A stretch of 64,000 bases of DNA from an uncultured delta proteobacterium (GTDB lineage: Bacteria > Desulfobacterota > Binatia > UBA9968): the NCBI GenBank assembly GCA_963745035.1, contig CAVUVW010000013.1, positions 1,376,001 through 1,440,000 on the forward strand. The letters are read 5' to 3'. A program made the position numbers and the translations under genes. Shown here piece by piece: positions 9,903 to 20,478 of this stretch (position 1 is the first letter of the stretch; every line of letters starts with the position of its first letter). Below the pieces are notes generated by a model. It had not been told where the DNA came from, searched no databases, and saw only the letters and a list, made by a program, of their open reading frames with translations.

Positions 9903-10877
9903 GTCCCGAGCAGCCAAGAATCGTTTTCCTCGACGCCGCGACTTACGGCGATATCGCGCTCGAGCGCTTTACGCGCCAAGTGGGATTGCGCCGTCCATCA
10001 AGTCACTCGTTCGGGCGACACGGCGCAACGGCTCGCCGGCCGGTCGATCGCGGTCACCAATAAAGTCGTCATCGATAAGGCGATCTTGCATTCGCCCCAA
10101 GCACGAGAACTGAAACTCATCGCCGTGGCGGCCACCGGCACCGACATCATCGATCGCGAGGAAGCGCAGCGCCGCGGTGTCAAAGTTTGCAACGTGCCCG
10201 GGTACGCGACCCAATCGGTGGCGCAATTTACCATGGCGCTGATTCTAGAATTGGCTACGCATGCCGGGCATTATGGCAATGCCGTGAGCATGGGAGAGTG
10301 GGAAAAAAGCCCCGTTTTCTCTCTCCTCACTTATCCGGCGATCGAGCTCAGTGGAAAAAAACTCGGCGTCGTCGGCTACGGCAGCATCGGCAAGGCCGTG
10401 GCGCGCATGGCGCGCGGCTTCGGCATGGAAATTCTGATGGCGGCGCGGCCGGGGACGAGCGGGCCGATACCCGATGGGCGCGTAGCGCTGGAACAATTGC
10501 TGCGCGAAGCGGATATCGTTTCGCTCCACTGCCCGCTGGCGCCCGAGACGCGCAACCTGATCGACCAGCGCACTCTCGCGCTGATGAAACCGACGGCCTT
10601 CCTGATCAACACCGCGCGCGGCGCGCTGGTCGACGAAGCCGCACTGATCGATGCGCTGCGAAACCGGCAAATCGCCGCCGCGGCTCTCGACGTGATCACC
10701 CAGGAGCCGCCGCCTGCGGAGCATCCGATAATTCTCGCCGCCCGCGAGCTGGACAATCTGATCGTCACGCCCCACACCGCCTGGTCCGCGCGCGAAGCGC
10801 GCGAACGTCTGCTCAAAGAGGTCGAAGAAAACATCGCCGCATTCCTGGAAGGCCACGACCGTAATCGCGTGGCGTAA
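9899..10877 (+). CDS. D-2-hydroxyacid dehydrogenase (glycerate dehydrogenase/HprA-like); frameshift(s) near 9980-10020
   Basis: MSPEQPRIVFLD N-terminus in another frame; GYGSIG, SLHCPL, INTARG, LDV..EPP, TPHTAW motifs. Confidence 0.9.
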
Positions 10878-10919
10878 GGCAACTCCCTATCAGCGCGCCC
10901 ATGGCTCTGCTGCAAAGAA

Positions 10920-11336
10920 TCAAAAGTACTGGCAGTGATCCGCCTTGAGCGCCTTTTCATCGAGAAACCAGCCCGGATCGACGATGCCTTCCGCTGTTTC
11001 GATCAGATTCGCGGCATCGACTTCGAAGGTCGCCGCGGCAAAACGGCAGGCGTAGAGCCTGACCTTACCGGTTTCGGTTAGCAGCTTCAGGTAGTCGCGG
11101 ATTTCCGTTGGATCGCCGTCCGCGGTGATGCGCTGGCGCAGCCACTCAGCTTCCGCCGCATGCCTGCCCTCGATACGCAGCGAGCGCGCGCCGGCTTCGG
11201 TCAGAGCCCGCACGGCCCACAGAACAAACAGAATATCCACTTCCGCCCCCTGCCTCGCCTGAGTATACGCGAAGGTCAGCGGCGTCAGCATTTTGTCGTA
11301 GCCGTCGTCGCGAATGATGATCGCCAACCTTTTCAT
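10920..11336 (-). CDS. DsrE/DsrF-like (peroxiredoxin-family) protein
   Basis: Fold pattern ...[15 protein letters not shown]...VRLYACRF with the conserved YAC cysteine. Confidence 0.7.
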   Translation of the reverse strand: MKRLAIIIRDDGYDKMLTPLTFAYTQARQGAEVDILFVLWAVRALTEAGARSLRIEGRHAAEAEWLRQRITADGDPTEIRDYLKLLTETGKVRLYACRFAAATFEVDAANLIETAEGIVDPGWFLDEKALKADHCQYF

Positions 11337-11364
11337 AGTATTCCCTCTCATCTTGCTTGCATCG

Positions 11365-12276
11365 CTAGCAAAAGGCCGGTGCCATCGCTTCGATTTGGGT
11401 TCTGGCCTCAGGCTTGATTTTCTCCACGGTCGATAGAAAGTTCGGATGGGTCATCCCCGTCCCCAAATACGTCCAACGCATCCCCTTGGTTATCGCCTCG
11501 GTCATCTCTTGACGTTCACTCTTAGTGAGATTTCTCCCCGTAGCTATGACAAACGCTTCGGTATCGAACTCCGCTTGCTGCCTGATCCCCTCGTCGAGAA
11601 AGGCCCCGATCTTACCGTACTCCTCAAATGCCTGGTCAATTTCTTTCTCTGAGGCATGGCTTGCCAACTCTTCCACGATCAAGGTGTCGAGCTTGGTGTG
11701 CTGGGACTCCTCCAGCCAGTGATGCTTGAGCAGGCTCTTGAACAGCGGGTCGAGATCCTGATTGTCTTTGACCCCCTCGATGTAGTGTCTGAGCGTGATC
11801 CACTCGATGTGCAGTATCGCGATCCCCACTCCCAACACACTGTGCGACAGCACGAAGTTCTTGACCTCTTCGGCCGGGCCGATGAACTCGCACTTGCTGC
11901 CGAATCCCTCTTCAAACTCCCGGCGAAAGGTTTTGAACAAATGGATATGCTTGGCCTCTTCTCCAGCAAACTGCAAAAGCGCCCGCACTCGGTAGTCGTC
12001 TCCCGAAAGGTTCGCTCGGGCATGATCGACGGCGTAGGGCAAAATGAACTCTTCGACCAGACCGAACATGGCCAGGTACTCGTGCCCGCGGATCTGGTTC
12101 AATACCCGCTTCTCCTCCGCTGAAAGAAACGACACTCCTCCCACCTGCGCTAGCGACTCCGGCATGAACGACTTGCCAAAATCCAGCCGCTTGTCTTCCC
12201 CTATGATGTCTTCCACTCGCCAACCGATCCGCTCCGACGCCTCAAGCGCTCCCCGATAACTGTAATTGTTCTGCAT
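11365..12276 (-). CDS. Ferritin-like diiron protein (AurF-like/diiron oxygenase)
   Basis: Two ExxH motifs (EEAKH, EESQH) plus VEEF and HIE acidic ligands; GAGGAGG RBS before ATG 12276. Confidence 0.8.
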   Translation of the reverse strand: MQNNYSYRGALEASERIGWRVEDIIGEDKRLDFGKSFMPESLAQVGGVSFLSAEEKRVLNQIRGHEYLAMFGLVEEFILPYAVDHARANLSGDDYRVRALLQFAGEEAKHIHLFKTFRREFEEGFGSKCEFIGPAEEVKNFVLSHSVLGVGIAILHIEWITLRHYIEGVKDNQDLDPLFKSLLKHHWLEESQHTKLDTLIVEELASHASEKEIDQAFEEYGKIGAFLDEGIRQQAEFDTEAFVIATGRNLTKSERQEMTEAITKGMRWTYLGTGMTHPNFLSTVEKIKPEARTQIEAMAPAFC

Positions 12277-12326
12277 GATCGCCCTCCTCGAATTTATTTG
12301 CTGTTCATCAGCTTGTCCAACGCTTT

Positions 12327-12342
12327 TGCGGGAACCATGCCA
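12327..12342 (-). promoter_or_regulatory. sigma54 (-24/-12) promoter of the diiron/DsrE operon
   Basis: Minus strand TGGCATGGTTCCCGCA, GG-N10-GC, about 50 nt upstream of ATG 12276. Confidence 0.7.
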
Positions 12343-12411
12343 GAACGCCAAATCGAGAGATTAAATCAAAGTTCCAAGCACTTAGAAGAATGGGAAAGTC
12401 CGATGAGGCTC

Positions 12412-12464
12412 ACGAGATTTCGTTGGTTACGAGATCTCGTGAGGGGATCAGTGCGAATTTTCGT
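12412..12464. promoter_or_regulatory. Three palindromic upstream activator sites
   Basis: ACGAGATTTCGT (12412), ACGAGATCTCGT (12429, perfect palindrome), GCGAATTTTCGT (12453), 70-120 bp upstream of the sigma54 promoter. Confidence 0.65.
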
Positions 12465-12478
12465 GAGGCGAGTCCGGA

Positions 12479-14401
12479 CTAATGCTTGCGCTCGATGCCG
12501 AGCGCCTTCATGCGCGAGCTGAGCGTGGTGGGCTTTACGCCGAGCAGTTGGGCGGCGCCATTTTCTCCCGCGACTCTCCAGCCGGCGGATTCCAACGCGG
12601 CGATGAGATTTTTGCGTTCGAGATCTTCGAACTCTTGGGCCGTGCGCACGCGCTTAATCGCGGAGCCGTCATCGAGCGCTGCCGCCATCGAGTTCACGCT
12701 CTCTGGCAGGGCACGATCCAAATTGAGCTTGCCGTCGCGCGCCGTGATCACGCCGCGCTCGATGATATTTTGCAGCTCGCGCACGTTGCCCGGCCAGGCA
12801 TAGGCCTGGAGCCGGCGCAAACAATCCTGCGACAGCGGCTCGATAATCCGACCCAGGCGCTGGGCGAATTTCTGCGCGAACGCGGCGGCGAGCACGCCGA
12901 TATCCTCGCGCCGCTCGCGCAGCGCCGGCAATCGCAGCGGAAAGACGTTCAGCCGGTAATACAAGTCCTCGCGGAATTTGCCGTCGCGCACGGCCTGTTC
13001 CAAGTCACGGTTGGTCGCGGCGATCACGCGCGCGTCGACTTTGCGCGTCTGTGCGCTGCCCACCGGCTCGAACTCCCCTTCTTGCAGGACGCGGAGCAGC
13101 TTTGACTGCAAGTCGAGCGGCAGCTCGGCGACTTCGTCGAGAAAGATCGTGCCGCCGTGCGCCAAGGCAAAGCGGCCGTCGCGCTTTTTAGTCGCGCCGG
13201 TGAAGGCGCCCTGCTCGTGGCCGAAAAATTCGCTCTCGATCAGGGTCGCCGGGATCGCCGCGCAATTGACCTTGATCAGCGGCTTGTCGCGGCGCCGGCT
13301 GGCGAGATGGAGGGCGCGCGCGATCAACTCCTTGCCCGTGCCGGTCTCGCCCAGGATCAGCACCGTGGCGTCGGTCGCCGCCACTTCATTGACCTCGGCG
13401 AGAACCCGGCGCAGCGGCTCGCTTCGCCCGATGATCTCATCGGCGCCCACCAGCGCGCTGATCTCCTCGCGCAAGTATTCGGCTTGACCGGCGAGAGCGC
13501 GAATCTTTTGCTCGGCTTCGAGGCGTTCGCTGACGTTTCTCAAGATGAGCGTGTAGAAAGGCGCTCGTTCCACGTCGAAGCGCGACAGGGTGGCTTCCGC
13601 TTGAAAAACCCCGCCCCGATCTCCGGTGGCCGTGAGCCCGCCGGGAATCCACAAGAAGCGCTCTCCGTCCGGACGGGTGTCGAGATCGATGATCAAGCGC
13701 GCGAGCTTCTCGCGCGCATCCGGCGTCAAAAAATGTGTAAACGTTTGCCCGGCAGCGTCGACGGCGCTACGGCCGAAAACTTTTTCCGCCGCCGGGTTCA
13801 TCTGGGTCACGTGTAAATGCTGGTCGACCTCGATGATCGCGTCCATGGCGCTGCCGACCAGGCGGCCAAGCTTCTGCTCGCGCTCGCGCACCTGCGCCTC
13901 GGCGCGCAATCGTCGCAATTCGGCGGCGGCGCGGGCGGCAAAGATTTGAAACAGCGCCTGGGCGCGCGGCTCCGCCGGCATGGGGCGCGTGTCGAGAACC
14001 GCGAGATGGCCGAGAATCTTATTGTCCAGATCGAGCAGCGGCATGCCCATGTAGCTCACCGCGCCCGCCGCGCGCACATCGGGATCGGCGCCGTAGAGAT
14101 CGACCAGATTATCGGGAATATGAATGAGGCAACGCTCGTTGATCACCCGTTCGCAAGGCGTGCCGTCGACCACCATTTCCCACCCGTCGAGCCACTGACC
14201 GCCCATCCAGAAGGCGAGGGCTTTGAGGCGGCGGGAATCCGAAATATATTCGGTCACCCAGGCGCCCTGAGTGTGCAGGGCATCGGCGAGTTTTCGCACC
14301 AGCGCTTTGAAAAACTCCTCGCCGGTTTCGGTGGCCGTGCCTTCGAGAATGGTTCGGAGCGCGGCATCGACGTCGAGATTGTCCAGAGGCGGGCGGTCCA
14401 T
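12479..14401 (-). CDS. GAF+PAS sigma54 enhancer-binding protein (FhlA/HyfR-like)
   Basis: N-terminal GAF and [45 protein letters not shown]. Confidence 0.93.
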   Translation of the reverse strand: MDRPPLDNLDVDAALRTILEGTATETGEEFFKALVRKLADALHTQGAWVTEYISDSRRLKALAFWMGGQWLDGWEMVVDGTPCERVINERCLIHIPDNLVDLYGADPDVRAAGAVSYMGMPLLDLDNKILGHLAVLDTRPMPAEPRAQALFQIFAARAAAELRRLRAEAQVREREQKLGRLVGSAMDAIIEVDQHLHVTQMNPAAEKVFGRSAVDAAGQTFTHFLTPDAREKLARLIIDLDTRPDGERFLWIPGGLTATGDRGGVFQAEATLSRFDVERAPFYTLILRNVSERLEAEQKIRALAGQAEYLREEISALVGADEIIGRSEPLRRVLAEVNEVAATDATVLILGETGTGKELIARALHLASRRRDKPLIKVNCAAIPATLIESEFFGHEQGAFTGATKKRDGRFALAHGGTIFLDEVAELPLDLQSKLLRVLQEGEFEPVGSAQTRKVDARVIAATNRDLEQAVRDGKFREDLYYRLNVFPLRLPALRERREDIGVLAAAFAQKFAQRLGRIIEPLSQDCLRRLQAYAWPGNVRELQNIIERGVITARDGKLNLDRALPESVNSMAAALDDGSAIKRVRTAQEFEDLERKNLIAALESAGWRVAGENGAAQLLGVKPTTLSSRMKALGIERKH

Positions 14402-14502
14402 GCGCTCGATGGGTCGGTAGATAATCAGGTTAGAGAAAAAACTCGGCCCCGCGCCGTCCGCCGTGGGGCGGAAAACTCATCGAAAAATACGGCGCGCGCA
14501 GG

Positions 14503-14919
14503 CTAAAAGGGAATATCATCGTCCAGTGCCGGCCCGCCGCCGCCCATCTCCGCGCCGGAAGATTCCATTTCCGGCGCCATGCGCGTTCCCCCGCCGCCGC
14601 CGAGAAAACGAATCCGCTGGGCGACGATCTCGGTCACGTAGCGTTTGGTGCCGGTCTTGTCGTCATAGCTGCGCGTGCGGATGCTGCCTTCGACGTAAAC
14701 CTGGCGGCCCTTGGCCAGATACTGGCCGCAGGTCTCGGCTTGTTTGCCCCAAACGACGATGTTGTGCCACTCGGTTCTTTCCTGGCGCTTGCCGTCGCGA
14801 TCGTTCCACTGTTCGGATGTGGCGATCGAAAAATTCGCCACCGCGCTGCCGGTCTGCGTGAAGCGGACTTCGGGATCTTTGCCCAGATTGCCGATCAGAA
14901 TTACTTTGTTCACCGACAT
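14503..14919 (-). CDS. ssb: Single-stranded DNA-binding protein
   Basis: [17 protein letters not shown]...TEWHNIV; C-terminal DDDIPF. Confidence 0.98.
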   Translation of the reverse strand: MSVNKVILIGNLGKDPEVRFTQTGSAVANFSIATSEQWNDRDGKRQERTEWHNIVVWGKQAETCGQYLAKGRQVYVEGSIRTRSYDDKTGTKRYVTEIVAQRIRFLGGGGGTRMAPEMESSGAEMGGGGPALDDDIPF

Positions 14920-15113
14920 ATGAGTTCTCCAAGCTGGCCGAAGCGCAATGCCCCGGCGGAAAGGTTGAGCCAACTTAGCGCCGGTGTGGCGGAGAGTCAA
15001 TCCTGTAAGGGAGCTCTGTCAAGACTTGCTCGCGTTGATTTTTGGACAGCCAGGAACTAATATAAACCATCGAATTTCCATCGTTTGCGTAATTCAACTT
15101 TATAACCGTCTTG

Positions 15114-15878
15114 ATGTTCTACCTCCTCCGTTTGAGTGTTTTGCTCGTGGTTACGGTACCACTGGCGCTGCTCACAGTTGTCTTGGGCGCGATCGACCCG
15201 CACGGCAAGCGCGTCTACCGCATCAATCAATTCTGGACCTGGCTTATCCTGCGCCTGGGCGGTGTTTCGCTGCGCGTTCGGGGGCTGGAAAACATCGATG
15301 CGCATGAGCCCTATATTTTCATGGCCAACCATCAGAGCAACGTCGACATCCCGGTGCTGATTCAAAGCTTGTTGCGCTTTCAGCTCCGCTGGATCGCTAA
15401 GAAGGAACTTCTGCGCGTGCCGTTGTTCGGCTGGGCCATGCGGGCGACCAAGCATATCACCGTCGATCGCGCCGATCCGCTGGACGCAATGAAGAGCGTG
15501 GAGCGCGCTAGAGAGCGGATCGCGGCGGGTATTTCCGTAGTCATTTTTCCCGAAGGGACGCGCAGTCGCGACGGCCGATTGCTGCCGTTCAAGAAGGGCG
15601 GCTTTCTGATCGCCGCTAAGACCGGCGCCAAGATTGTCCCGGTCACCATCGTCGGCAGCGCGGCGCTATTGCCGTCCGGCGCCTGGCAGCTGCGCGCCGG
15701 TGCCGTGGATGTGTTCGTCGATCAACCCATCGCGTCAGAGGGATATCGGGCGGGACAATTGAAAGCGCTGTCGGACCAAGTGCGTCAAGTGATCGCGGCC
15801 CGTTTACAGCAGCCGGCGGCGCCTGAAAGCGGCCCATCGACGGCGACTCATCCGCGCTTGGAGACCCGTATCGCCTAA
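15114..15878 (+). CDS. plsC: 1-acyl-sn-glycerol-3-phosphate acyltransferase
   Basis: NHQSNVD (HxxxxD), FPEGTRS, FKKGGF motifs. Confidence 0.9.
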   Translation: MFYLLRLSVLLVVTVPLALLTVVLGAIDPHGKRVYRINQFWTWLILRLGGVSLRVRGLENIDAHEPYIFMANHQSNVDIPVLIQSLLRFQLRWIAKKELLRVPLFGWAMRATKHITVDRADPLDAMKSVERARERIAAGISVVIFPEGTRSRDGRLLPFKKGGFLIAAKTGAKIVPVTIVGSAALLPSGAWQLRAGAVDVFVDQPIASEGYRAGQLKALSDQVRQVIAARLQQPAAPESGPSTATHPRLETRIA

Positions 15879-15884
15879 CACCAC

Positions 15885-17540
15885 ATGGACACACTCAAAA
15901 TCATACCGCTCGGCGGCCTTGGAGAATTCGGCCTCAACATGATGCTGGTCGAATACGGCGATAGTGCCATCGCCATCGACTGCGGGCTCATGTTTCCGGG
16001 CGCCGATCTGCTCGGCATCGATCTGGTGATCCCGGACGTGAGCTATTTGATCGAGCGCCGCGACAAGCTCAAAGCGATCGTGCTAACCCACGCCCATGAA
16101 GATCACGTCGGCGCCCTGCCCTATATTCTCGAGCACTTCAACGTGCCGATTTTCGGCACGCGCCTGACTCTCGGCCTGCTCGCAAATAAATTGCGCGAGC
16201 ACGATCTCGAGGACACCGTCGATGTGCGCCAGATTACCGCCGGCGCGCCCTGGGACGTCGCGCCGTTTCGCATCGAAGGCATCCGCGTGACCCACAGCTT
16301 GATGGACTGTCTGGCGCTTGCCGTGGAGACGCCGGTCGGCACGGTGATCCACACCGGCGATTTCAAGATCGACAACACGCCCATGGAAGGCGAGATGTTC
16401 GACTTCCAGCGGTTTGCCGCCTACGGCGAGAAGGGCGTGCTGTTGCTGCTTTCCGACTCGACCAACGTCGAGCGCGCCGGGCACACGCCGTCGGAGCGGG
16501 AAGTCGGCACCAACCTCGAACAGATCATCCAGTCGAGCTCCGGCAAAGTCCTGGTCTCGACCTTTTCTTCGAGCATCCCGAGAATCCAGCAGGTCGTCGA
16601 TATTTCCGCGCGCTGCGATCGGCGTGTCGTGCTGAGCGGCCGGAGCATGATTCGCAACAGCCAAGTCGCCGCCGAGCTCGGCTACCTCGATCTGCCGCGC
16701 AGCGCCATGACCGAAAACGACCGGTGGCAAGACCTGCCCGAGAGTCGCCTCACCTTTCTCACCACCGGCAGCCAAGGCGAGCCGCTGTCGGCGCTTCACC
16801 GCGTGGCTTTGAACGATCACAAGAGCATTAAAATCACGCCGGGCGATACCGTCATTCTCTCTTCCAAATTCATTCCCGGCAACGAGAAAACGATTGCCAA
16901 TCTGATCGATCATCTGTATCGCCGCGGCGCCGACGTGCACTACGAAAAAGTTTCCGAGATTCACGTCTCTGGACACGCGAGCCAGGAAGAGTTGAAGATC
17001 ATGCTTCAGCTCACCCGGCCGCGCTATTTCGTGCCCATCCACGGCGAATATCGCCACCTGGTGCGCCATCGCCGGCTCGCCCAGGAAGTCGGCATACCGG
17101 CCGAGAATTGCTTTATTCTCGAAGACGGCGACGTGCTGGAGCTGACCGCCCAGGGCGCGCAGAAAACCACTCCGATACAAGTCGGCAAGGTTTTTGTCGA
17201 CGGCAAGGGGGTCGGTGACGTCGGCGACATCGTCATTCGCGACCGGCGCCATTTATCGGAAGACGGCATGGTGCTCGCGGTCATGGCGATCCACCAGCAA
17301 TCGGGCGACCTGGTCGCGGGGCCGGACATGATTTCGCGCGGATTTATGCGCGCCGAAGAGAGCGAGGAAGTCTTAGAGCATGCCAAGAAAGTCGTTCTCG
17401 AAACTCTCAACGGCATGAATCGCGAAACCCGCACCGACCCGGCCGAGCTCAAGGAAGAAGTGCGCCGGGCGCTGCGGCGCTTTTTTAGAAAAAAACTGGA
17501 GCGCCATCCGGTCGTTCTGCCGTACATCATCGAGACTTGA
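15885..17540 (+). CDS. rnj: Ribonuclease J
   Basis: PLGGLGEFGLNM, THAHEDHVG, HTGDFK, TGSQGEP, HVSGHA, PIHGEYRH. Confidence 0.97.
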   Translation: MDTLKIIPLGGLGEFGLNMMLVEYGDSAIAIDCGLMFPGADLLGIDLVIPDVSYLIERRDKLKAIVLTHAHEDHVGALPYILEHFNVPIFGTRLTLGLLANKLREHDLEDTVDVRQITAGAPWDVAPFRIEGIRVTHSLMDCLALAVETPVGTVIHTGDFKIDNTPMEGEMFDFQRFAAYGEKGVLLLLSDSTNVERAGHTPSEREVGTNLEQIIQSSSGKVLVSTFSSSIPRIQQVVDISARCDRRVVLSGRSMIRNSQVAAELGYLDLPRSAMTENDRWQDLPESRLTFLTTGSQGEPLSALHRVALNDHKSIKITPGDTVILSSKFIPGNEKTIANLIDHLYRRGADVHYEKVSEIHVSGHASQEELKIMLQLTRPRYFVPIHGEYRHLVRHRRLAQEVGIPAENCFILEDGDVLELTAQGAQKTTPIQVGKVFVDGKGVGDVGDIVIRDRRHLSEDGMVLAVMAIHQQSGDLVAGPDMISRGFMRAEESEEVLEHAKKVVLETLNGMNRETRTDPAELKEEVRRALRRFFRKKLERHPVVLPYIIET

Positions 17541-17552
17541 GGAAGCTCGTTT

Positions 17553-19814
17553 ATGGCCGCTGCGGAAAAGAAAGGTCGGCTGCATCGCGAAGTCTGGGGC
17601 GTGGTCATCGGACTCACCGCGCTGCTGGTCGCGCTCAGCCTGATTTCTTACAGCGTCAACGACCGTTCGCTCAATTCGCCGTCCGGGCCCGCCGACGCCT
17701 ACAACTGGGGTGGTTTCGTAGGCGCGGTCCTGGCCGACCTGTTGTTGCAGGGGCTTGGGCTCTCTTCCTATCTGCTACCCGTTTTCCTTGCCGTCGGCGC
17801 GCTGCAAATGTTTCGCGCCGACAGCGGCGGAGTGCCCGTCGGCAGGGCCTTGGCCTACACCATCTTGGTCCTGAGCGTCGGCGTCATTTTGAGCATCGTC
17901 ATCGATAGCGAAAGCGCGCGCGACTCCGGCGGGATTGTCGGCGGTTTTCTCAAAGAAAGCGTGTTGGTCCCGCTCTTCGGTTCCCTGAGCGCGGTCCTGA
18001 TCGCATGTTTTGCCCTATTGCTGTCGTTCATGATGCTGACGCAAAACTCACTGCTCGACATCGTCGGCTACACCAGGAGAAATTTCGCCGAGGCGCGCAA
18101 GTCCCTCGTTCCCGCCATCAATCAGCGCCTGAGACGATTCAAAGAAAGGCAAGACAAACGGAAGGGCGAAAATACCAAAAAAGAAAAAAGAGATTACGTG
18201 CCGCCGCCGATCGTATTGAAAGAAGAGTTTAGGGACGAGCCCGCGGCGGCCAAACGGCTGCAGAAAAAGCCTGCACAGCCGCCCGAGCAATTCAAGCTCC
18301 CCGAAGTCGAAGGCTACAAACTTCCGCCCCTCGAGCTCCTCGATCCCGCCGACGGCGAGCAGGTCAAGATCGACACCGAGACGCTGCAGGCCAACTCGCT
18401 CATCCTACAAAAAAAGCTCGAAGACTTCGGCGTCGAAGGCGAGGTGGTCGCGGTGCGCCCGGGCCCCGTGATCACGATGTACGAATTCAAGCCGGCTCCC
18501 GGCGTCAAGGTGCGGCGCATCGTGATGCTGGCCGACGATCTCGCCATGGCGCTGCGCGCCGTGAGCGTGCGCATCCTGGCGCCGATTCCCGGTGAATCCG
18601 TCGTCGGCATCGAGATCCCCAATCCGCGGCGCGAAATGGTCTACCTGCGCGAAGTGATCGAAAGCGAAGCGTATCGCAGCACCGATTCCAAGCTGACCTT
18701 GGCGCTGGGCAAAGATATCGGCGGCACGCCGTTCGCGACCGATTTGGCCAAGATGCCGCATTTGCTGGTCGCCGGCGCTACCGGCACCGGCAAGTCGGTT
18801 TCGATCAATGCCATGATTTTGAGCATTCTTTATAAATCGAGCCCTCAGGACGTCAAATTCATCATGGTCGATCCGAAGATGCTCGAACTGACCGTGTACG
18901 AGGATATCCCGCACCAACTCGTGCCGGTGGTCACAGATCCCAAGAAGGCCGCGGCGGCGCTCTTCTGGGCGATGGATGAGATGGATCGGCGCTATCGTCT
19001 GATGCGAGACAAGGGCGCGCGCAACATTGATAACTACAACAAAACGCTCGAAAGGGAAGCTGGAAGCAAAAAGGCGCTGATCGACTTGACCGAAGCTGAA
19101 TCGACCGAGGAACCGAACGACATCGGCGGCAGTATCTCGGCCGATGCGCCGCTGACTCACGAAAGATTGCCTAAGATCGTCATCATTATCGACGAATTGG
19201 CCGATCTTATGCTGACCGTTGGTCGGGATATCGAAGAATATATCACCCGGCTTGCGCAAAAGGCGCGGGCGGCGGGCATCCATCTGATCCTCGCAACCCA
19301 GCGCCCCTCCGTTGACGTCATTACCGGCTTGATCAAAGCCAATTTCCCAGCGCGTATCTCGTTTCAGGTAACCACTCGCGTCGATTCCCGGACGATTCTC
19401 GATTCCATGGGCGGTGAGAAGCTTCTCGGCAACGGCGATTTGCTCTTTATGCCGCCAGGGACGGCGCGATTGTTCCGCGTGCACGGTGCATTTGTGTCGG
19501 ATCAAGAGGTTCGGCGGGTCATGAAGTTTATCAAACAACAAGGACGGCCGAGCTACCGTCCGGAAGTTCTCGAAGCGAAGAAGGAAGTCGAGTCGGCACT
19601 GCCGGCAGACGAGGAATACGACGAGATGTACGACCAGGCGGTCGCCATCGTCACCGAGACCCAGCAGGCCTCGATATCTATGATTCAGCGCAGATTGCGG
19701 GTAGGATACAACCGTGCCGCGCGCATGATCGAGCAAATGGAGCGCGACGGGGTCGTCGGCCCCGCGGACGGCGCCAAGCCGCGAGAAGTTTATGCCAGAA
19801 AAATCGAAGCGTAA
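17553..19814 (+). CDS. ftsK: DNA translocase FtsK
   Basis: 4TM N-terminus, PHLLVAGATGTGKS, IDELADLM, ATQRPSVD, gamma domain IQRRLRVGYNRAAR. Confidence 0.97.
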   Translation: MAAAEKKGRLHREVWGVVIGLTALLVALSLISYSVNDRSLNSPSGPADAYNWGGFVGAVLADLLLQGLGLSSYLLPVFLAVGALQMFRADSGGVPVGRALAYTILVLSVGVILSIVIDSESARDSGGIVGGFLKESVLVPLFGSLSAVLIACFALLLSFMMLTQNSLLDIVGYTRRNFAEARKSLVPAINQRLRRFKERQDKRKGENTKKEKRDYVPPPIVLKEEFRDEPAAAKRLQKKPAQPPEQFKLPEVEGYKLPPLELLDPADGEQVKIDTETLQANSLILQKKLEDFGVEGEVVAVRPGPVITMYEFKPAPGVKVRRIVMLADDLAMALRAVSVRILAPIPGESVVGIEIPNPRREMVYLREVIESEAYRSTDSKLTLALGKDIGGTPFATDLAKMPHLLVAGATGTGKSVSINAMILSILYKSSPQDVKFIMVDPKMLELTVYEDIPHQLVPVVTDPKKAAAALFWAMDEMDRRYRLMRDKGARNIDNYNKTLEREAGSKKALIDLTEAESTEEPNDIGGSISADAPLTHERLPKIVIIIDELADLMLTVGRDIEEYITRLAQKARAAGIHLILATQRPSVDVITGLIKANFPARISFQVTTRVDSRTILDSMGGEKLLGNGDLLFMPPGTARLFRVHGAFVSDQEVRRVMKFIKQQGRPSYRPEVLEAKKEVESALPADEEYDEMYDQAVAIVTETQQASISMIQRRLRVGYNRAARMIEQMERDGVVGPADGAKPREVYARKIEA

Positions 19815-20478
19815 GGGGATCTTTAAACTCGCCCGTTGCGCGAGCGTAACCATCGTGCTGCTGGGCGCAGTTTTCGCGGCATGGGCGGCGGAAAACAACG
19901 CCGCGGAAGCGATTGTCGATCGCTTGCAGAAAAATTATGACGCTACCGCGGATTTCGTCGCCGATTTCCGCCAGGAAACCGAAGTTAAAAATTTGAACCG
20001 AACCCTCAAAGCCTCCGGCAAGCTCTCCTTCAAGCGCCCGGGGAAAATGCTCTGGCTCTATGAAGAGCCGAAAGGACAGTTTGTACTCGCGGACGGCAAA
20101 CATCTTTATTTTTATCAGCCCGAGCAGAACCAGGTGATCAAGAGCCCGCTCAAGAACGCGTTTCGCGGCGATATCCCGCTATCGTTTCTGCTCGGCTTGG
20201 GCAACTTGAAAAAGGATTTCGACGCTACCCTTAAAGCCAGCGAGGAAACCCAGCATATCTTGCGCCTGGAGCCAAAGGGCGAAGCGGGCGGTTACAACGA
20301 GATTTTGCTGGGGGTCAGCAAAGCTTCCTCGGATATTCTCTGGGTGAGCGTGCGCGACGCGGCCAACAATCTCACCACGCTGCAATTTTCCAACATGCGC
20401 AAAGGCGTCGGATTGAAGGATGCTCTTTTCCAAGTCCAGATTCCCAAGGGCGCCGATGTCGTAGAGCTGGGCCAGTGA
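19792..20478 (+). CDS. lolA: Outer-membrane lipoprotein carrier protein LolA
   Basis: ADFRQ...SGKLSFKRPGKMLWLY..P; follows ftsK as in the conserved order. Confidence 0.9.
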   Translation: MPEKSKRKGIFKLARCASVTIVLLGAVFAAWAAENNAAEAIVDRLQKNYDATADFVADFRQETEVKNLNRTLKASGKLSFKRPGKMLWLYEEPKGQFVLADGKHLYFYQPEQNQVIKSPLKNAFRGDIPLSFLLGLGNLKKDFDATLKASEETQHILRLEPKGEAGGYNEILLGVSKASSDILWVSVRDAANNLTTLQFSNMRKGVGLKDALFQVQIPKGADVVELGQ

